Both the position numbers and the translations under genes were made by a program. Below, one piece after another: positions 26,567-41,364 of a DNA stretch of 64,000 bases (position 1 is its first letter; every line of letters begins with the position of its first letter). This stretch comes from Patellaria atrata CBS 101060 (Eukaryota), in NCBI GenBank assembly GCA_010093705.1, contig MU006095.1, positions 1,054,001 to 1,118,000 on the forward strand, read 5' to 3'. Below the pieces are notes generated by a model. That model worked only from the letters and a program-made list of their open reading frames with translations. It made no database searches and was not told the DNA's origin.

Positions 26567-27743
26567 ATGTCAACAACAGTAACAACCATTACCAAGCCCA
26601 CCAAGGCAAACATTGGTGTCTACACAAACCCAGAACATGACCTCTGGATCGCGCCCGCGGAACCGAGTCTTGAGACTCTAAGTAGTCCAGAGAACCTCAA
26701 ACCCGGAGAAGTCACAATCGCCATCAAAAGCACCGGGATCTGCGGGTACGCCCAAGTCCCCTCCCCAAACCACCTTCCGCAGCATAACTGAACCCATCCC
26801 CCACAGCTCAGACATCCACTTCTGGCACGCCGGCTGCATAGGCCCCATGGTCGTCGAATCGACCCACATCCTCGGCCACGAATCCTCCGGCACGATCCTC
26901 GCCGCGCACCCCTCCGTCACCTCCCTCAAACCCGGCGACCGCGTCGCAATCGAACCCAACATCCCCTGCTTCACCTGTGAACCCTGCCTCACCGGCCGCT
27001 ACAACGGCTGCGAAAACGTCGAGTTCCTCTCCACCCCGCCTGTCCCAGGCTTGCTGCGGCGCTACGTCAATCACCCCGCTGTCTGGTGCCACAAGATGCC
27101 GGCCAGCATGAGCTTCGAGGAAGGCGCGCTCCTGGAACCTCTGAGCGTCGCGCTCGCCGGCCTACAAAGAGCCAAAATGACCCTCGGCGACCCCGTACTC
27201 GTCTGCGGCGCCGGCCCCATCGGCCTCATCACACTCATCTGCTGCAAAGCCGCCGGCGCCGAACCGCTCGCCGTAACCGACATCGACGAAGGCCGCCTCA
27301 AGTTCGCCGCCTCCCTCGTCCCCGGCCTCCGAACCCACAAGGTCGACCCCACGCACAGCGCGCAGGCCTTCGCGTCCGCGATCTCCGCGCTCATGGAAGC
27401 CGTCGAGCCCGCGCTCGCGATGGAGTGCACTGGTGTCGAGAGCTCTATCGCTGGCGCCATCGAAGCCGTCAAGTTCGGCGGTAAGGTCTTCGTCATCGGC
27501 GTCGGCAAGAACGAGATCAAAATCCCCTTCATGCGGTGCAGTACCCGCGAGGTCGATCTGCAGTTTCAGTACCGCTATGCCAATACGTGGCCTAGGGCCA
27601 TCAGGCTCGTTGCGGGCGGTGTGCTCGATTTGAAACCGCTGGTCACGCATCGATTTGGGTTGGAGGAGGCGGTCGAGGCGTTCAAGACCGCGGCGGATCC
27701 GAGGACGGGCGCGATTAAGGTGCAGATACAGAGTTTGGATTAA
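26567..27743 (+). CDS. lad1: L-arabinitol 4-dehydrogenase (Zn-dependent MDR); intron 26746-26806
   Basis: [17 protein letters not shown]...[20 protein letters not shown]...GHES; structural-Zn cysteines C..C..C.......[37 protein letters not shown]. Confidence 0.92.
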
Positions 27744-28157
27744 ACGAGGGCGTGGATAAAGAACTGGGTATTAGTTGCAAGGGGAAAGATTAGGGGAGGG
27801 GGGTTTACTTAAATCGGACATAACGATGCGAAATAGTCACGACGAGTCACCTAAGACGAATATAGACGCAACAAACATACATTAGAATTCCATTATCAAA
27901 GTATCTACTTGCACACATCTATGCTACTTGTACCTGAAAGCAGAAAACCTCAACACCACCCCCGTATCCGTAATCCGAAGCAGAATGTATCATTAAGCCC
28001 GTACGATCCACATCACACCCGATCCCTCCGTGACCGGAACACCATGCACAGAAGGGAGGAGATATCAGACCGATCAAAGTAGCAAAGCACGCCGCGTACA
28101 AAACTCCTCTCAGTCCAGAAAGAAGTTCCTACTCCCAAGAAACGACCGATTACGCAC

Positions 28158-31100
28158 CTACCTCAACGTCCCCGCCATACGTCCACCACCCGCATTCAAA
28201 CTCTGCCTCACAATCATCTCCGCGGCCGCGGCAGCAGCAAGCCTCTCCTTCTGCCTGCTGCGATCCTTCAAATACCGCTCGGCCTCTGGCCTCATCCTCA
28301 AAATCCTGAGGATAACATCGTCGTTGGGATCAGCCTGGGCTTCCTTGCGCTTATCCTCTTTCGCCTTGCGCATGGTGCCGAGATTCCTGCTGAGCATGAC
28401 GGTCTTGTGTTTGCGGGTGGGCAAGCCCATGAGGCCCGCGGCGCCGCCAAAACCCATGCCATGTGGGTTGCCGGGGGCGGCGAGACGGGAGTGGTGGCGG
28501 GCGGCGGTGGCGGCAGCCATGGACTCCGAGGTGCGGATGAGGTCCTCGGTGCTCTCGTTATAGAAGAAATTGAGGGTCTGGAGTTCGAAGAACTTGGGGC
28601 TCTTGAGCACCTCGGTAGGTACGCCGTTGGCGAAGCCTGTATCCTCGTCGATGGCGTTGAAGAACTCGAAGAGCATTTGGAGCCATTTGAATACAATGTC
28701 AAGTTCGTGCTGGGTGAGGGGGCGCTGCTGGGAGGGCTTGTCAGAGAGAGGGGGGATGAGGAGGGATTCGATGGTTACGAGGACTTCTTTCCAGAGACGC
28801 GTCATCACCATTACCATTGCGGAGTCGGTGAGGGTTTGTTTCATGATGGCGAAGTTGTCGTCGAAGTAGTTGAAGAGGGGTTTGAGGGCGTTGGCGACGT
28901 CTAGTTGGGTTGGACCTTGGACGACGGATTGGGGACGATTGCGTTGGAAGTAGCTTGAGACAGAGGAGATTGAGATGCCCTTTGAGAGAATGGCTTTTAA
29001 GGCGCGGCGTGAGAGACAGTGGTGGATATAGGCGGAAAGCTAATGAGTTAGAATATTTGTGGAGTAATTTGAGGGCATGTCCTTACCTTGTCCGTAATCT
29101 TCCTCGTCATGTCTCGCTCCGTTCTCTTTAGTGTACGGAAAGCCTTTCCAAAGTAGAATTGGATATCGTCTCTTTCACCCTCCATGCTTACCCTCAAAAG
29201 AAGCCTACCCTGAGTGTCGAGATCCAACCAGTACTCCCGAGGCATGAAGTCTCGGAAATGGGATGGGTCGAGTTTCAGCGAAGTGCGACCAACACAATCG
29301 TGATCACCCAAAGTATCCCAATCCCAAATTGTCGCAATGATATTGAGAGGGCCTTGTGTCGTGATATCAATCGTCTCGTCCCACCGAGGATTCAGATTAC
29401 CGTAAATGACTCTTGTCTTGGCCAATCGTTTCTGGTATTCATCTCCAAGAACGACATAGGGATCGCTGAGTCCATTGATATCACAAGCTTTGAGATCTTC
29501 CGCCTCAATTATCTTGATAGTGAAGACGTAGTTATCAGCTTTCCGTTGTCGATGAGCCACTGGCGGTTCATTCTTCTTTAAGACGTCCGCACACGCATCG
29601 ACATTGATCTCTTTTTCGAGTTTGTCGAGTTGAAGCATAACATATTCTATGTTGTTAAGTTTTACAAATGACTAGTAGATATCAGCTTAAAGTTCAAGAG
29701 CGTCATATCGGAGAACATGTACTCACCTCTGGTAAGAACTGGAAGGGCTCGATTTTGTCCTTATTCGACCAGGTCTCCTTGGCTAGTTGCATCCACTTTT
29801 CTTGACGAGTCTGCCTTGCAGCAGCTTCTTGCTCCGGGGTTACTCGGTCCATTTCTTTTGTGAACCTTTGTTCTATAAGTTCACAGTATCTTGCCACACC
29901 AGCACCAATACTTTTTGACAGAGCTGTCATGAATTTGGCGTATTGAACGTCATCATCCCAATTCAGCTGAACGATTTGTTCGATACTTTGATTGAAAGAG
30001 CGGAATATGTCAATTGCTGAAACACTGTGCCGTTCATCGTCTGTAGGAATGTTGTTAGGATGTTCAGTACGGACCCTGAAGTCGTCCTGTTTCACGGCAT
30101 TTTCGATCCATCCAATAAGGTTCGCATCAGTTGATGCAATCCATCTCCAGACGAAGGCTTGCAATTGCTCTTCGATGTGGAAACCGAATTTTTGGCTACA
30201 GTAAATATTAGTGCAATTCTCGCTGTGAGGCATGGGTTAGGCACGTACTCAGGTAGAGCATCTGCATGAACTCTGCGAATCTCTACAAGTTCTCGATATA
30301 GATCAAATCCATCCTGTATTGGTACTTCTTCACCTCGACTTTGAGCGAGATCCATGATGCGTGCGACTAGGTCTCTAGCATCGGCTGCATATGCTGGAAG
30401 CATCTCTTCCACAAGCACGCTTAGTGGGCTCACACTATTTAGAATGATTAGATCATGTATGGTGTGGGAAGAGAGAAGTTGAACTTACCCCATGATTTCT
30501 GGGTTCTTGCGATAACGCTTCTGAATTCTTTCACATAGTTTAACAACAGCTTTTCCAAGTTCTATGACGTGAAAAAATTCCCACTGTTCCGAATCACTGG
30601 GTAACACCTTAGCTAGGTGCTCTTGATATACTTCTCGAGCCCTATGCCGTAACGCATCGCGTAGCTCCTCAGTGAATGCATCAAGGTCTTCGGGAGCTTT
30701 TGAAAATAGGGGATCATCGTAAACGTGCTCCGTGAGAATGTACATAACAGGACCAATAGGCGGTGGTTTGGAATCATATACTAGAAGCATAAGCTCGAAC
30801 AAATCGCGCAATAATGCATCGTGAAGAGTAGAGAGAATATTTTGATTGAGCGCGTAGTCGGCAATTGTCCATTTCGTACGATCAAATAGAGAAATCTGAA
30901 CACTTGTTCTAGATCCCTTCTTGCCGTCAACTGGTGGCTCCTTAATATAATTAAATGCGGCATCTAGTGTTTCCAATTCAATTTCTCGACGTTCGTACTT
31001 TTCCCTGATAACGTCTAAGAACAACACCATTCTTGAAAATTGAGGGACACGCCATCGAACAGCCACTTCGTTCAGCAATTCAGCAGATTCTTTAGAAAGT

Positions 31101-32449
31101 AGCTTGATGGGTGGAACGTCTGCAGTTGCTTCAGACGGTTGCAAATCTTGATCTTTGAGGTCATACATGAGAGCTTCTTTCAGGACTGCTCGATAGTATG
31201 ACCGTGGATCGGGAGGAATAAAAGTGTATGGTGCATCTTGTTCTTCAGATTTATGGTTGAGACTCAGTCCACTCATGTCAACTGGCTGATCAATCACGTA
31301 AGAACCAGCCTCTGATTGCTCTGATAGTTTCCGCGAGTTATCAGAATAGCTCGAATAACCTGAATCGGAAGTTGGACCACTAGGTTTGAACTGAGGAAGG
31401 TTTATACCTCCAGACGTGCTCTTGGCCAATTCAGGGTTCGACTGCATGATTGCAAGCATCATTTGAGAAAGATCAGGAATCTCAGTCTTCTTCCAGCTCT
31501 CGAAAGCTTCCTCCGTATCAAAGTCTTCGTTGTTGAGCGTCTTACCTGTGTTCAAGCTCAGATTGGTCTGGTATGCTTTGAGATCCTGCAACGCAGTTTT
31601 CTCCGTCCAGACGCTTTTGTAGGCATTGACGTCCGACTGAACTTGGCTGTACGAGACATTGAATATCCGCGAAACTACCAATGCGAGCGGCATATCTTTG
31701 ATTTCATAACTTCGTGGGACTTCTACTTCTATAGTAGATCCGCCTGCACCCCCATTTCGTTGGGAGTCGGCCGCTAGATCCTGATCATGAACAAGAAGTT
31801 TCTTTTCCATTGTCTGAAGCCTATGGCTCAGTTCTGGCCTGTCGGTTACCCAACCATGATCTTTTAGGGTTGAGCTCACCAAGCGGATGAAGAGAGCAAC
31901 ATGTCGATCGACCATGAGTTTCCAGCTATCATCGTCATGAGCTTTACCCTTCTGTAGCTCTTTAGTAGCATTCGAGAAGAATATTAGAAGTAAATCCTCT
32001 ACTCTCCTATCCTTCTCCATTGACTTGCGAAATTTTGTCTCCTTGAACTCGTTCAAAAATACAGCAAACGTTCTCTTAACTAGGGCGTCACTATACTCCG
32101 GCATCTTCTCTTTTCCAATTAGAACACCTGTTATACGTTTGTCCAACTCTCCCATAAAGCCATGAGGGAATTTTGTGCTTTTTGAATCTCTGATCAGCGA
32201 GAAATCCTTCATCAAGTCATTCATAGAGGTGGTAGATCTCTGGATCGGTTTCGCGGGTGCGGGGATATGTTGCACGCGTCGAGCTCGGGGCTGAAGGAGG
32301 TATGAGAGAAATGCTACTCGTAGAGCCCAAAGGTAAGCATCTTGCGAGCTGACCACTCGCTTCCTGTTGGAAGATGCCTTCCTCTGGAGGCGCTCATCTT
32401 GTTGTATAGCGTTGACTCTTCGACCTTTTCCAAGGGATCTGGTAGACAT
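28158..32449 (-). CDS. C2-domain / Munc13-homology protein (S. pombe Git1 / YOR296W-like); 5 exons (~32449-30489, 30434-30249, 30195-29727, 29671-29087, 29039-28158)
   Basis: C2 domain YVFTIKIIEAEDLKACDINGLSDPYVVL...KTRVIYGNLNPRWDE...IWDWD is flanked by MHD-like helical regions; canonical introns join the ORFs. Confidence 0.88.
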
Positions 32450-33126
32450 ATCACCAAAGGCCTCTTGTAAGTGTAAAAGATTCAGATGTACAGTCGTCTA
32501 CTGTACGGCGCATATCCTTCGCGCAAGGGAGTGTTGGTGTAACGGTGGAACACTGTTGATTGAACGAGAGAGGTTATTGACCTTATGTTTACGAAAGGAC
32601 GCGCAGAAAGAACTACACGTAGAGTCCGGAAGGTACGACTATACCCGCAGCCTTCAGAAACTTTTAGTTAGCAGGAGTAAAGTGGTGAATTGAATTTCTA
32701 GAGGTGTGTAAGGTGTAAGGTATTGTCGTGGAAAGCTAGGACTTGGCGAGTCGTCACATCTTGTGAAACAAGCTACAGATCGTATTTTGTCACGAGCCGG
32801 TTCGCACTTGCTATTAATAACTTTACCGCACTGTTTACATTAGTTCTCAGCCTTATTAGTATAAGTTATATGCTTTGTCCTACAGTCTGAGACCCTCTAC
32901 GTCTATTTGTCTGATAAACAATAGTGTTGGGTTGCTCTAGCTCCAACCTCACCGCATCTGCCCGTTCCCCTCTTTGAAACTAATAGAAACCAACCTGACG
33001 TTCGCAACTCCCGTCCGTTCGAGCAACCTTTAGGCACATGAAGAATCCCGAGGATATAAATACTCAGGGAGGGCACGAGAAGTCAATGTTAGAGATTCGC
33101 AAGAATTGTTATCCAACGTCCTCGCA

Positions 33127-33468
33127 ATGACGTCCTCGGATTCCAAAGCAAGCGCGGACAAACCACGTCTTACGGAACAGGAGAAGAAAAACAATCACAT
33201 CGCCTCTGAGCAGAAACGTCGTCAAGCAATCCGAGAAGGTTTCGACCGTCTAGCAAACATTGTACCCGGAATGGAAGGTCAAGGACGCAGTGAAGCAGTT
33301 GTTCTGCAGGCAACTATTGAGTTTATGAAACAGCAACTAGAAGAGCGAGAAGAGCTGATGAAAAGCTGTAAAGACAAGGGAATAGACGTTAATCAGTTTG
33401 GCCTGAACAGTACATACGATGGGGATAGAATACAGAGTAATGGCGCGAATGGCTCAGCAGGAGGATGA
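33127..33468 (+). CDS. Small bHLH transcription factor, INO4-like
   Basis: KPRLTEQEKKNNHIASEQKRRQAIREGFDRLANIVPGMEGQGRSEAVVLQATIEFM is a bHLH of the Ino4/Mlx type. Confidence 0.85.
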   Translation: MTSSDSKASADKPRLTEQEKKNNHIASEQKRRQAIREGFDRLANIVPGMEGQGRSEAVVLQATIEFMKQQLEEREELMKSCKDKGIDVNQFGLNSTYDGDRIQSNGANGSAGG

Positions 33469-36396
33469 AGTCGGAATCACCACGCCCGCGGATAAGAGTC
33501 CAATATCCCCGTCAAAAGGCACTTTACGACCCAAAAATCACTCAGATGCAACAGTGTAGAACTTATATGGATGTATTCATACAATTGTCTCGGCTACCTT
33601 GACCAACACTTGCCATTAAACAGAACGGGTACTAGCAAAAGGAAGGGGGCATACAAGGACTATATAATTTGAAGATGTATCTGGTTTCTAGAAAAAGCCA
33701 TAAGCATGATGTAAAATGTACCATCCAATTTCCTTGTCCATACAGACAAAGGATATGGTGGTCTTCATTGCGTTCTTCCTATCTGAAAATCTTCCCATCC
33801 CGTCCTACCACCAAGGCAATCACATCCTCATCATATTGGTTTGTGCTCCGGAGTACTTCAAATACGCCATCGCACTGAAGTATGGACTTTTAGAGCGGAG
33901 GCCGAAAAGATGGTTATATATCCAAAAACACATAGCGCGTGGTGTCACGCAACGAGAATTGAATATTTGACAATCAATGTTGAACATATCTTCTTTATCA
34001 ATGTCGTGTCATGATTCAGAATACTTAATGATCCCATACCGCTCTACTTGTACACGTAAGGGTACCTTTTCAATGCCAGACTTCAATGTCGATAGCCTTA
34101 CCTACAGAATCTTCGGGATGGCCGTTAGTGTAATCCGATTATGAATTATCATCATGCCGATGCAGCGGTGAGACTGGGATGACTTAGTACTGGACCCTGA
34201 AGTTTGAGCATTTCCGTCTTTATAAGTTGCTAACCTTAACCGCAACATAGAAGCACCATTAAGTATTAACCATGTCTGCTACAATGGATTAGAATGGCAT
34301 AAGGCTAATAGTTACCCCACGCTAGCAACAAGAAAGTATGGGACGGAAAATTTGATGTATTCCGTATATCCCCGTTATGTGAGTGGTGAGGGGATGAGGT
34401 GAAGTTCAATTTGATAGTTCTAGCCAAGAGATATCCCATCTGAATGGAAATTTCGATACACACTCACGACACTGCGTATGCAATGATGTAGATCTTCCCC
34501 GCCCCTGACTTGTCCCATCAGACCATGACTGAGATTCTAGTCATTTTATACGACCAAAGGATCCCGACCCATCAGGCCAGAACAAGTTGAACAACAGCGC
34601 CTGATACTGTAGTATCAGGACAGTGAGACCCAGAGGCGTGGACAGCCAGTGAGAGTCCTTGTCTCTCCATTCCATACTGTACAATACTGTACATCTTCAT
34701 TTAATACCGTTGCCCTAACACGATCGTCATTGAGTGTGGCAGATACCGTAGTCACCGTACGACTCTCATTGGCCCATTAGTTAACAGTCGTAACACCCTC
34801 AAGTGACCCCTCAATCTCTACAGTACGAAACACGTTCTGTACGCCGCATCGTCATCAGAATCCTCGCAAAGGATCCTTGTGGAAATTTCTCCTGACGATG
34901 GTTGCTTAGACCCTTTGAGGTGTATCACTAAGATGAGACAAGGGGTTTTACGGATTTCATCAGTTACTTGTACGTCTAACTGTACTATGACACAATGGGG
35001 GAGGGGGGTAATATGGGAATATCAAATGTATCTCTGTGTATGTAGTTGAAAGGGACTTTGATCTCTTTGGCCTAAGGAAATGCCAGGGCTTTCAGACTTG
35101 GATACTGAACTTTATAAAGAGAGTGATAACTTAGCAGGCATGGCAGTTCGGCACAACGATAGCCACTTGCAGAATGTTCAAAGACTCGACTGGGCCCAAG
35201 GAGTCAGAATGTCCCGGCATAGCTTGCTTTGAACTGCAAGAATGCATGTAGCCGACGTGGCATGCCAAAAAAAAAAAAAACCCGCCACCGTACTAATCCG
35301 AATGGTCATTTAGCCTCTTGTATCGCTGCTGTATGCTGAATAGAAGCCGCTTCTAAAGCAGCTGCACCACCGAACATCGTGATCTTTGACCATTCAGAAC
35401 TTGCTTCCCGCAGAGTTCCGCTGCATGTTTACTACTTTGGATGAGTTTTGAACTTGGAAGTGTGGGAGAGTTCTGATTATCAAAGCTTCCCTCAGTTCCT
35501 CTACGTTTCAAGTCCCATCGTTTCGTGGCACTTGGTCGATGATTGTTCCCCAGACGTAAATCGATCAGATCGATTGGCGAAAAATTTCTCGTCAGAGGGA
35601 GTTTGGGCAGCCTTGTGGACAAGGCAATCCTGATTGAAAGCAAGCTCGAGGGAAGTGCTGGATGCAAACTACCGCGGTGTACATTTTCTTTACGAAGAAG
35701 GCTATATCTCGCTCGAACTCTTGCTAAACAGCTAGATATTCCCGACGCTTGGGTTTTAAAATCTTTTTGTAAACGCGACCTGAAAGTGAAGGTCCACTCT
35801 CTTCCTGTCATCTGTGAACTCGGGATCTGCGGCCTCTAGCTCTTGAAAGATTTTGGCAACTCGACCTTCTTGGGGGCTAGTTACTGATAGTCACATCTCT
35901 CATAGGTTCATGCGAATCCTGTCTTGCCGTAATTCTCGCTACCTACAGCCTCTTTAACCCAGCTTAGGACTAGGATTCCTGTTCTTCTGAAGCCGCACTC
36001 GCCCAACGGACCCTTAGGGAGCCTCGCTATAACGTGCTGGCACTCTGGGAGGGTCTTTTACTCGTTTAAGAAACTAACTATACGAACGACCATCTGGGTC
36101 CCCTAAACTTCTCACCCTCCTCTCCACACTCCATCTTATCAAGATATTTTCTTCTCTTCACGACTTCGAACCTTAGCTGGTTACGTTTGTACTTGTGTCT
36201 TCGAAGGCGACGTTAACCACGTACCTTAAGCACCTGACTACTCCAACGCCACCTCTCAGGAGTTGGGTGTAACTACACCCGAGACTTTACCCCCCTTCCC
36301 ACCTTCCCTCACCAAAGCTCCCCACAACTCGAACACACGAGCGGCAAACCACCCAAATGCCAGCGTAGACCAATATTTGGTCAACCGCTCATCATA

Positions 36397-39300
36397 ATGC
36401 TCAACGAAGAAACATCAGCAGCCGTTGCTGGTATCATCTCCAACCTTGCGAAGCAATACGACCCTGTTACAGACTCCTCCTTTCCAGGCCAGATTGCTGT
36501 AAATGGCACTAAAGGCGCTCATATCCATTTACCGGGTCCCGACACGATAGAAAAGAAGACTTACGAGCGTGAACTATCTGCTTTAGCCGCACGAATTCAA
36601 TTTCTTGAAGCTAAAGCCAACATCGTCAACCACGAGAGCTTTCCCATCACTCCTAGCGAACCAGGTCTCAGCTCCCCCTTCACGTCAGATTCTGCAAATG
36701 GATCACCGCGAAATGGAATACCCTCTAGCTTAAGAGCTCACCCACCAAGTAAAGAGCAGAGATCAACATGGGTTAGCAATTGGCTGGCTTCCAAAGATAG
36801 TGGTGACATCAATAAGCAGCTACCTGCCACCCAACCCACTGAGGAGCAACTGGGATACCTTAGAGACCATGTGAACATGCAAGCTGATCAAATCAAGGCT
36901 CAACGGGAGGAGATAGAGAATTTGAGCGCTCAAGTGTCACAAACATTGAATGATCATGATAAAGCTTTTGGTCATGGCATTGAGGATATTACACATCTCA
37001 AGAGGGAATTAGGCAAACATCAACAGGCGAATTTGGCTTTCCAGAAAGCTCTTCGTGAGATTGGAAGTATCGTTACTGCTGTCGCTAATGGTGATTTGAG
37101 CAAGAAGGTTCTCATCCATGTTAAAGAGATGGATCCTGAGATTGCCACATTCAAGCGGACAATCAATCGCATGGTGGATCAACTACAAGATTTTGCCAGT
37201 CAAGTTACTTTCCTCGCCAGAGAAGTCGGTACAGAAGGTCGACTTGGTGGACAAGCAGTGCTACCAGGTGTGGATGGTATCTGGGCAGAGCTTACTGATA
37301 GCGGTAAGAAAGAACCTCATAATTCGAATATAAATACCGGATTGCTAATTATCAATAGTCAATGTAATGGCGAAGAATCTTACCGACCAAGTGCGAGAAA
37401 TCGCTGTTGTCACTACAGCGGTCGCACACGGTGATTTGAGCCGAAAAATCGAACGTCCAGCTCGCGGTGAAATTCTTCAATTACAACAAACTATCAATGT
37501 CATGGTGGACCAACTGCGATCTTTTGCAACAGAAGTCTCCCGTGTCGCTCGTGAAGTCGGTACCGATGGCTTACTAGGTGGTCAAGCTCAAATCGAAGGT
37601 GTCCAAGGCATGTGGAGCGAACTAACAGTTAACGTCAATGCTATGGCCATGAACCTTACTACCCAAGTACGAGATATTGCCGAGGTTACAACTGCTGTAG
37701 CAAAAGGTGATCTTACTCGTAAGGTCAAAGCGGACTGTAAGGGCGAAATTCTTATGCTTAAGTCGACGATAAATTCCATGGTGGACCAACTGCAACAATT
37801 TGCACATGAAGTAACGAAGATAGCTCGCGAAGTCGGTAGTGAGGGAAGACTTGGCGGTCAAGCGACGGTGCATGGTGTTGAAGGAACATGGAAAGATCTA
37901 ACAGAAAACGTCAATGGTATGGCCATGAATCTAACGACACAAGTGCGAGAAATCGCAGAAGTTACTACTGCTGTCGCGAATGGTGATTTGAGCAAGAAGG
38001 TCACTGCAGAAGTTAAGGGTGAGATCTTGTTGCTCAAGAACACTATCAACGCCATGGTGGACCGTCTAAATGCGTTCGCATACGAAGTCAGCAAAGTTGC
38101 CCGGGAAGTCGGTACAGAAGGCAGATTAGGAGGTCAAGCTGAAGTTGAGGCAGTTGAAGGCAAATGGAAAGATTTGACGGACAATGTCAACATCATGGCA
38201 CAGAATCTGACGATGCAGGTGCGGAGTATCTCAGACGTGACTCAGGCTATTGCAGCCGGAGACATGAGTCGTAGAGTTCACGTGCACGCAAAGGGCGAGA
38301 TTCTCCTTCTGAAAGACACTATTAACAACATGGTGGCCCGTCTGGATGACTGGTCCCTTGCACTCAAACGAGTCGCGAGAGATGTCGGCGTGGACGGTAA
38401 GATGGGAGGTCAAGCTGAAGTGGATGGCATCTCCGGACGATGGAGAGAAATCACAACAGACGTCAACACCATGGCGTCCAACTTGACATCACAAGTGCGC
38501 GCTTTCGGCGATATTACGAACGCAGCTATCGAGGGCAAATTCGCTCAAATCACCATTGAAGCTTCTGGAGAGATGGACGAGCTCAAGAGGAAGATCAATG
38601 AGATGGTGTTCAAACTTGGTGAAAGTATCCAGAAGAACAACCAAGCCAGAGAAGCTGCCGAACTTGCCAATAAGACGAAGTCCGAGTTCCTAGCCAACAT
38701 GTCCCATGAGATTCGAACACCTATGAACGGTATTATCGGCATGACACAGTTGACACTCGACACGGACCTAAATCACAGTCAACGTGAGATGCTTACAATC
38801 GTCTCCAACCTTGCACAGCAGCTTTTGACGATCATTGATGATATCCTTGATATTTCGAAGATCGAGGCCAACCGCATGACGATGGAAGAAATCCCATTCT
38901 CGTTGCGTAGCACTATCTTCAATGCTTTGAAATCGTTGACTTCAAGGGCAAATGAGCGCAGCTTGAACCTTGCCTATGTGGTGGATAGCGGTGTCCCGGA
39001 CTACGTGATAGGCGACTCGTTTAGGCTGAGACAGATCATCCTTAATCTTGTGGGTAACGCTATCAAGTTCACCGAGCACGGAGAGGTCAAGGTGGCTATC
39101 TCAAAAGCAGAACAGGGATGTCGACAGGACGAGTACATCTTCAAATTTGCCGTTTCCGACACCGGTATTGGAATCCACGGCGACAAGCTCAACCTTATCT
39201 TCGATACGTTCCAACAAGCGGATGGCTCCACCACTAGAAGATTCGGCGGCACTGGACTTGGCCTTTCCATCTCCAAACGTCTGGTCACCTTGATGGGTGG

Positions 39301-40602
39301 TAGGATGTGGGTTGAATCAGAATTCGGCAGTGGAAGTGTCTTCTACTTCACTTGCAAAGTCAAGCTGGGAAGTCATGATCTCGGTCAAATCACATCCTCA
39401 CTTAAACCATACCTCAGACATAACGTTCTATTCATTGACCAAGGTCATACTGGATGCGCTGAGGAGATTGTTACTCACGTACGAGCGCTCGATCTAGTAC
39501 CTCATGTCATCAAATCTCATGGAGCGAAACCGCCGACACATCTACCTAATGTCACCGGACACGTCTACGATTGTGTAATTGTAGATTGTGACAAGACGGC
39601 GCGCATGCTTCGAGCCTTGGAAAAGTTCAAGTATATCCCTGTTGTGATGGTAACGCCTAAGATTTCTGTCAGCTTGAGGACAGCACTTGAAGATGGCATC
39701 TCAAGCTATATGACTACACCATGCCTTGCTATCGACTTAGGAAATGCCTTAATCCCCGCACTGGATGGAAGAGGTGCTCCTTCGGTTTCGGATCACTCCA
39801 GATCATTCCACATTCTTCTTGCGGAAGACAATGCAGTCAATCAACGATTGGCTGTTAAGATTCTTCAGAAATACAACCACACTGTATCTGTGGCTAACAA
39901 CGGTGCCGAAGCATTGGAAGCCATCAAAAACCAAAGGTTTGATGTTGTCCTTATGGACGTGCAAATGCCGATCATGGTCAGTCTTCAAATGGGCTATCAG
40001 TGTGCAAGTTCCTACTAATCTTGTTCTAGGGTGGTTTCGAGGCCACTGGTAGGATTCGAGAATGGGAGAGGGAAATGGGCTTGACCCGAACGCCCGTCAT
40101 CGCATTGACGGCCCACGCTATGGTTGGTGACCGTGAGAAGTGTCTCCAAGCACAGATGGATGTATGTCACCCTAATCCAAATAATCAAAGACGACATTAC
40201 TAACAGACATGACAGGACTACCTTTCGAAACCGTTGAAACAGAACCAACTGATTCAAACAATTCTCAAGTGCGCAACCCTTGGTGGTGCGCTCTTAGGCA
40301 GCGATGGAGGAAGCAGCAGTGAGCATTTATCATCCGCAGTCGAAGATCAACAACCAAGAATAGTAGTCCAAGACCCAGAGTGCAACAGTCCCGCTGGCAC
40401 CCCGTCGAAATCGTCACTCCGTAGACCTCACCTCGAGGCTAGAGGAATGACGGAAAGCGCCCGTGTGGGCGCCGAGAGCCCTTCTCTGCTTGCAGTAGAT
40501 CAATCCGATCCTGTTGATAGAGTGAGTTTATATCGTCCCTTCCACGCTAATTCTGAAATACTAATGGCGAAATAGCTCCTCATCCGATCACACAGTCAAT
40601 GA
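36397..40602 (+). CDS. NIK1: Group III hybrid histidine kinase (NIK1/OS-1); 5 exons (~36397-37303, 37359-39976, 40030-40161, 40216-40521, 40576-40602)
   Basis: Six HAMP repeats (five full ~92-aa units plus one short); H box [18 protein letters not shown]1 and G2 boxes; receiver ILLAEDN...LMDVQMP. Confidence 0.96.
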
Positions 40603-40665
40603 ACGAGCCTCTTTCCCCCTGCTAAAGTATATCCTCCATAGCTTATGCGATATGAGCCTTTTTTC

Positions 40666-40667
<2 letters not shown>

Positions 40668-40697
<30 letters not shown>

Positions 40698-40710
40698 CTT
40701 CTTCTTCTTC
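40668..40710. repeat. (CTT)n microsatellite, about 14 units, downstream of the NIK1 stop codon
   Basis: A perfect cttcttctt... tract is directly visible. Confidence 0.95.
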
Positions 40711-41364
40711 TCCTTCTTCCTCCGGGGCTGAGCCTTCAGGTCGTGCTTTTTACTCTGTGCTTTACACTCCGGTGGTGGATCTTCTTGTTTCATTTTGATT
40801 CAAACCTCTTTTCGAAAGGGTTGGGGGGTTTGAGCATGGATTTTTCTTGTTCATCGGTTTGGAGTGGGGCGTGGTTTCATCTTCCGGGACTCTTTTCTCA
40901 CGATGAGGTTGAGGAATGATCTTTTTTTTCTCGTTCTTGGCGTCGGGGAGAGGGATTCTACCGAGGGGAACGAAGGGCTTTGATTGATGTGAGGGTACTC
41001 TCTATCTACTTCTACCTTCTCGAGATGTGGAGAGGGTGGGTGAAGTGTGTTCATAGCTGAGCGGTAGAATGGATACCTGCTTTTGTAGGATTTTTCTTTT
41101 CATCATGATTGATTGATTGGTGTTGTGTTCTCTCCTATCACGATGACAGCGCCGTTGTTCTGTACGCTAGATACGATTAAGGCTTCCGTTAACGTCTATC
41201 TCGCTCGAACTTTCTACTCTCGCTCTGAATGGTCAACGATATCACACATGCGGCCCCTTTCACTTTCTACAAGAGCACGTGTCTTTTGAAAAACTCCTCA
41301 TGTTTCTCCTACGGTACATTTCCCCCATCCCCGCTCTCTCCTCTAGATACCTAAACCCCCTTAC

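Noticed and set aside
36397..38640. ~276-bp internal repeats in the histidine kinase
   Set aside because: These are the normal six HAMP repeats of group III kinases, not a mobile element or array.
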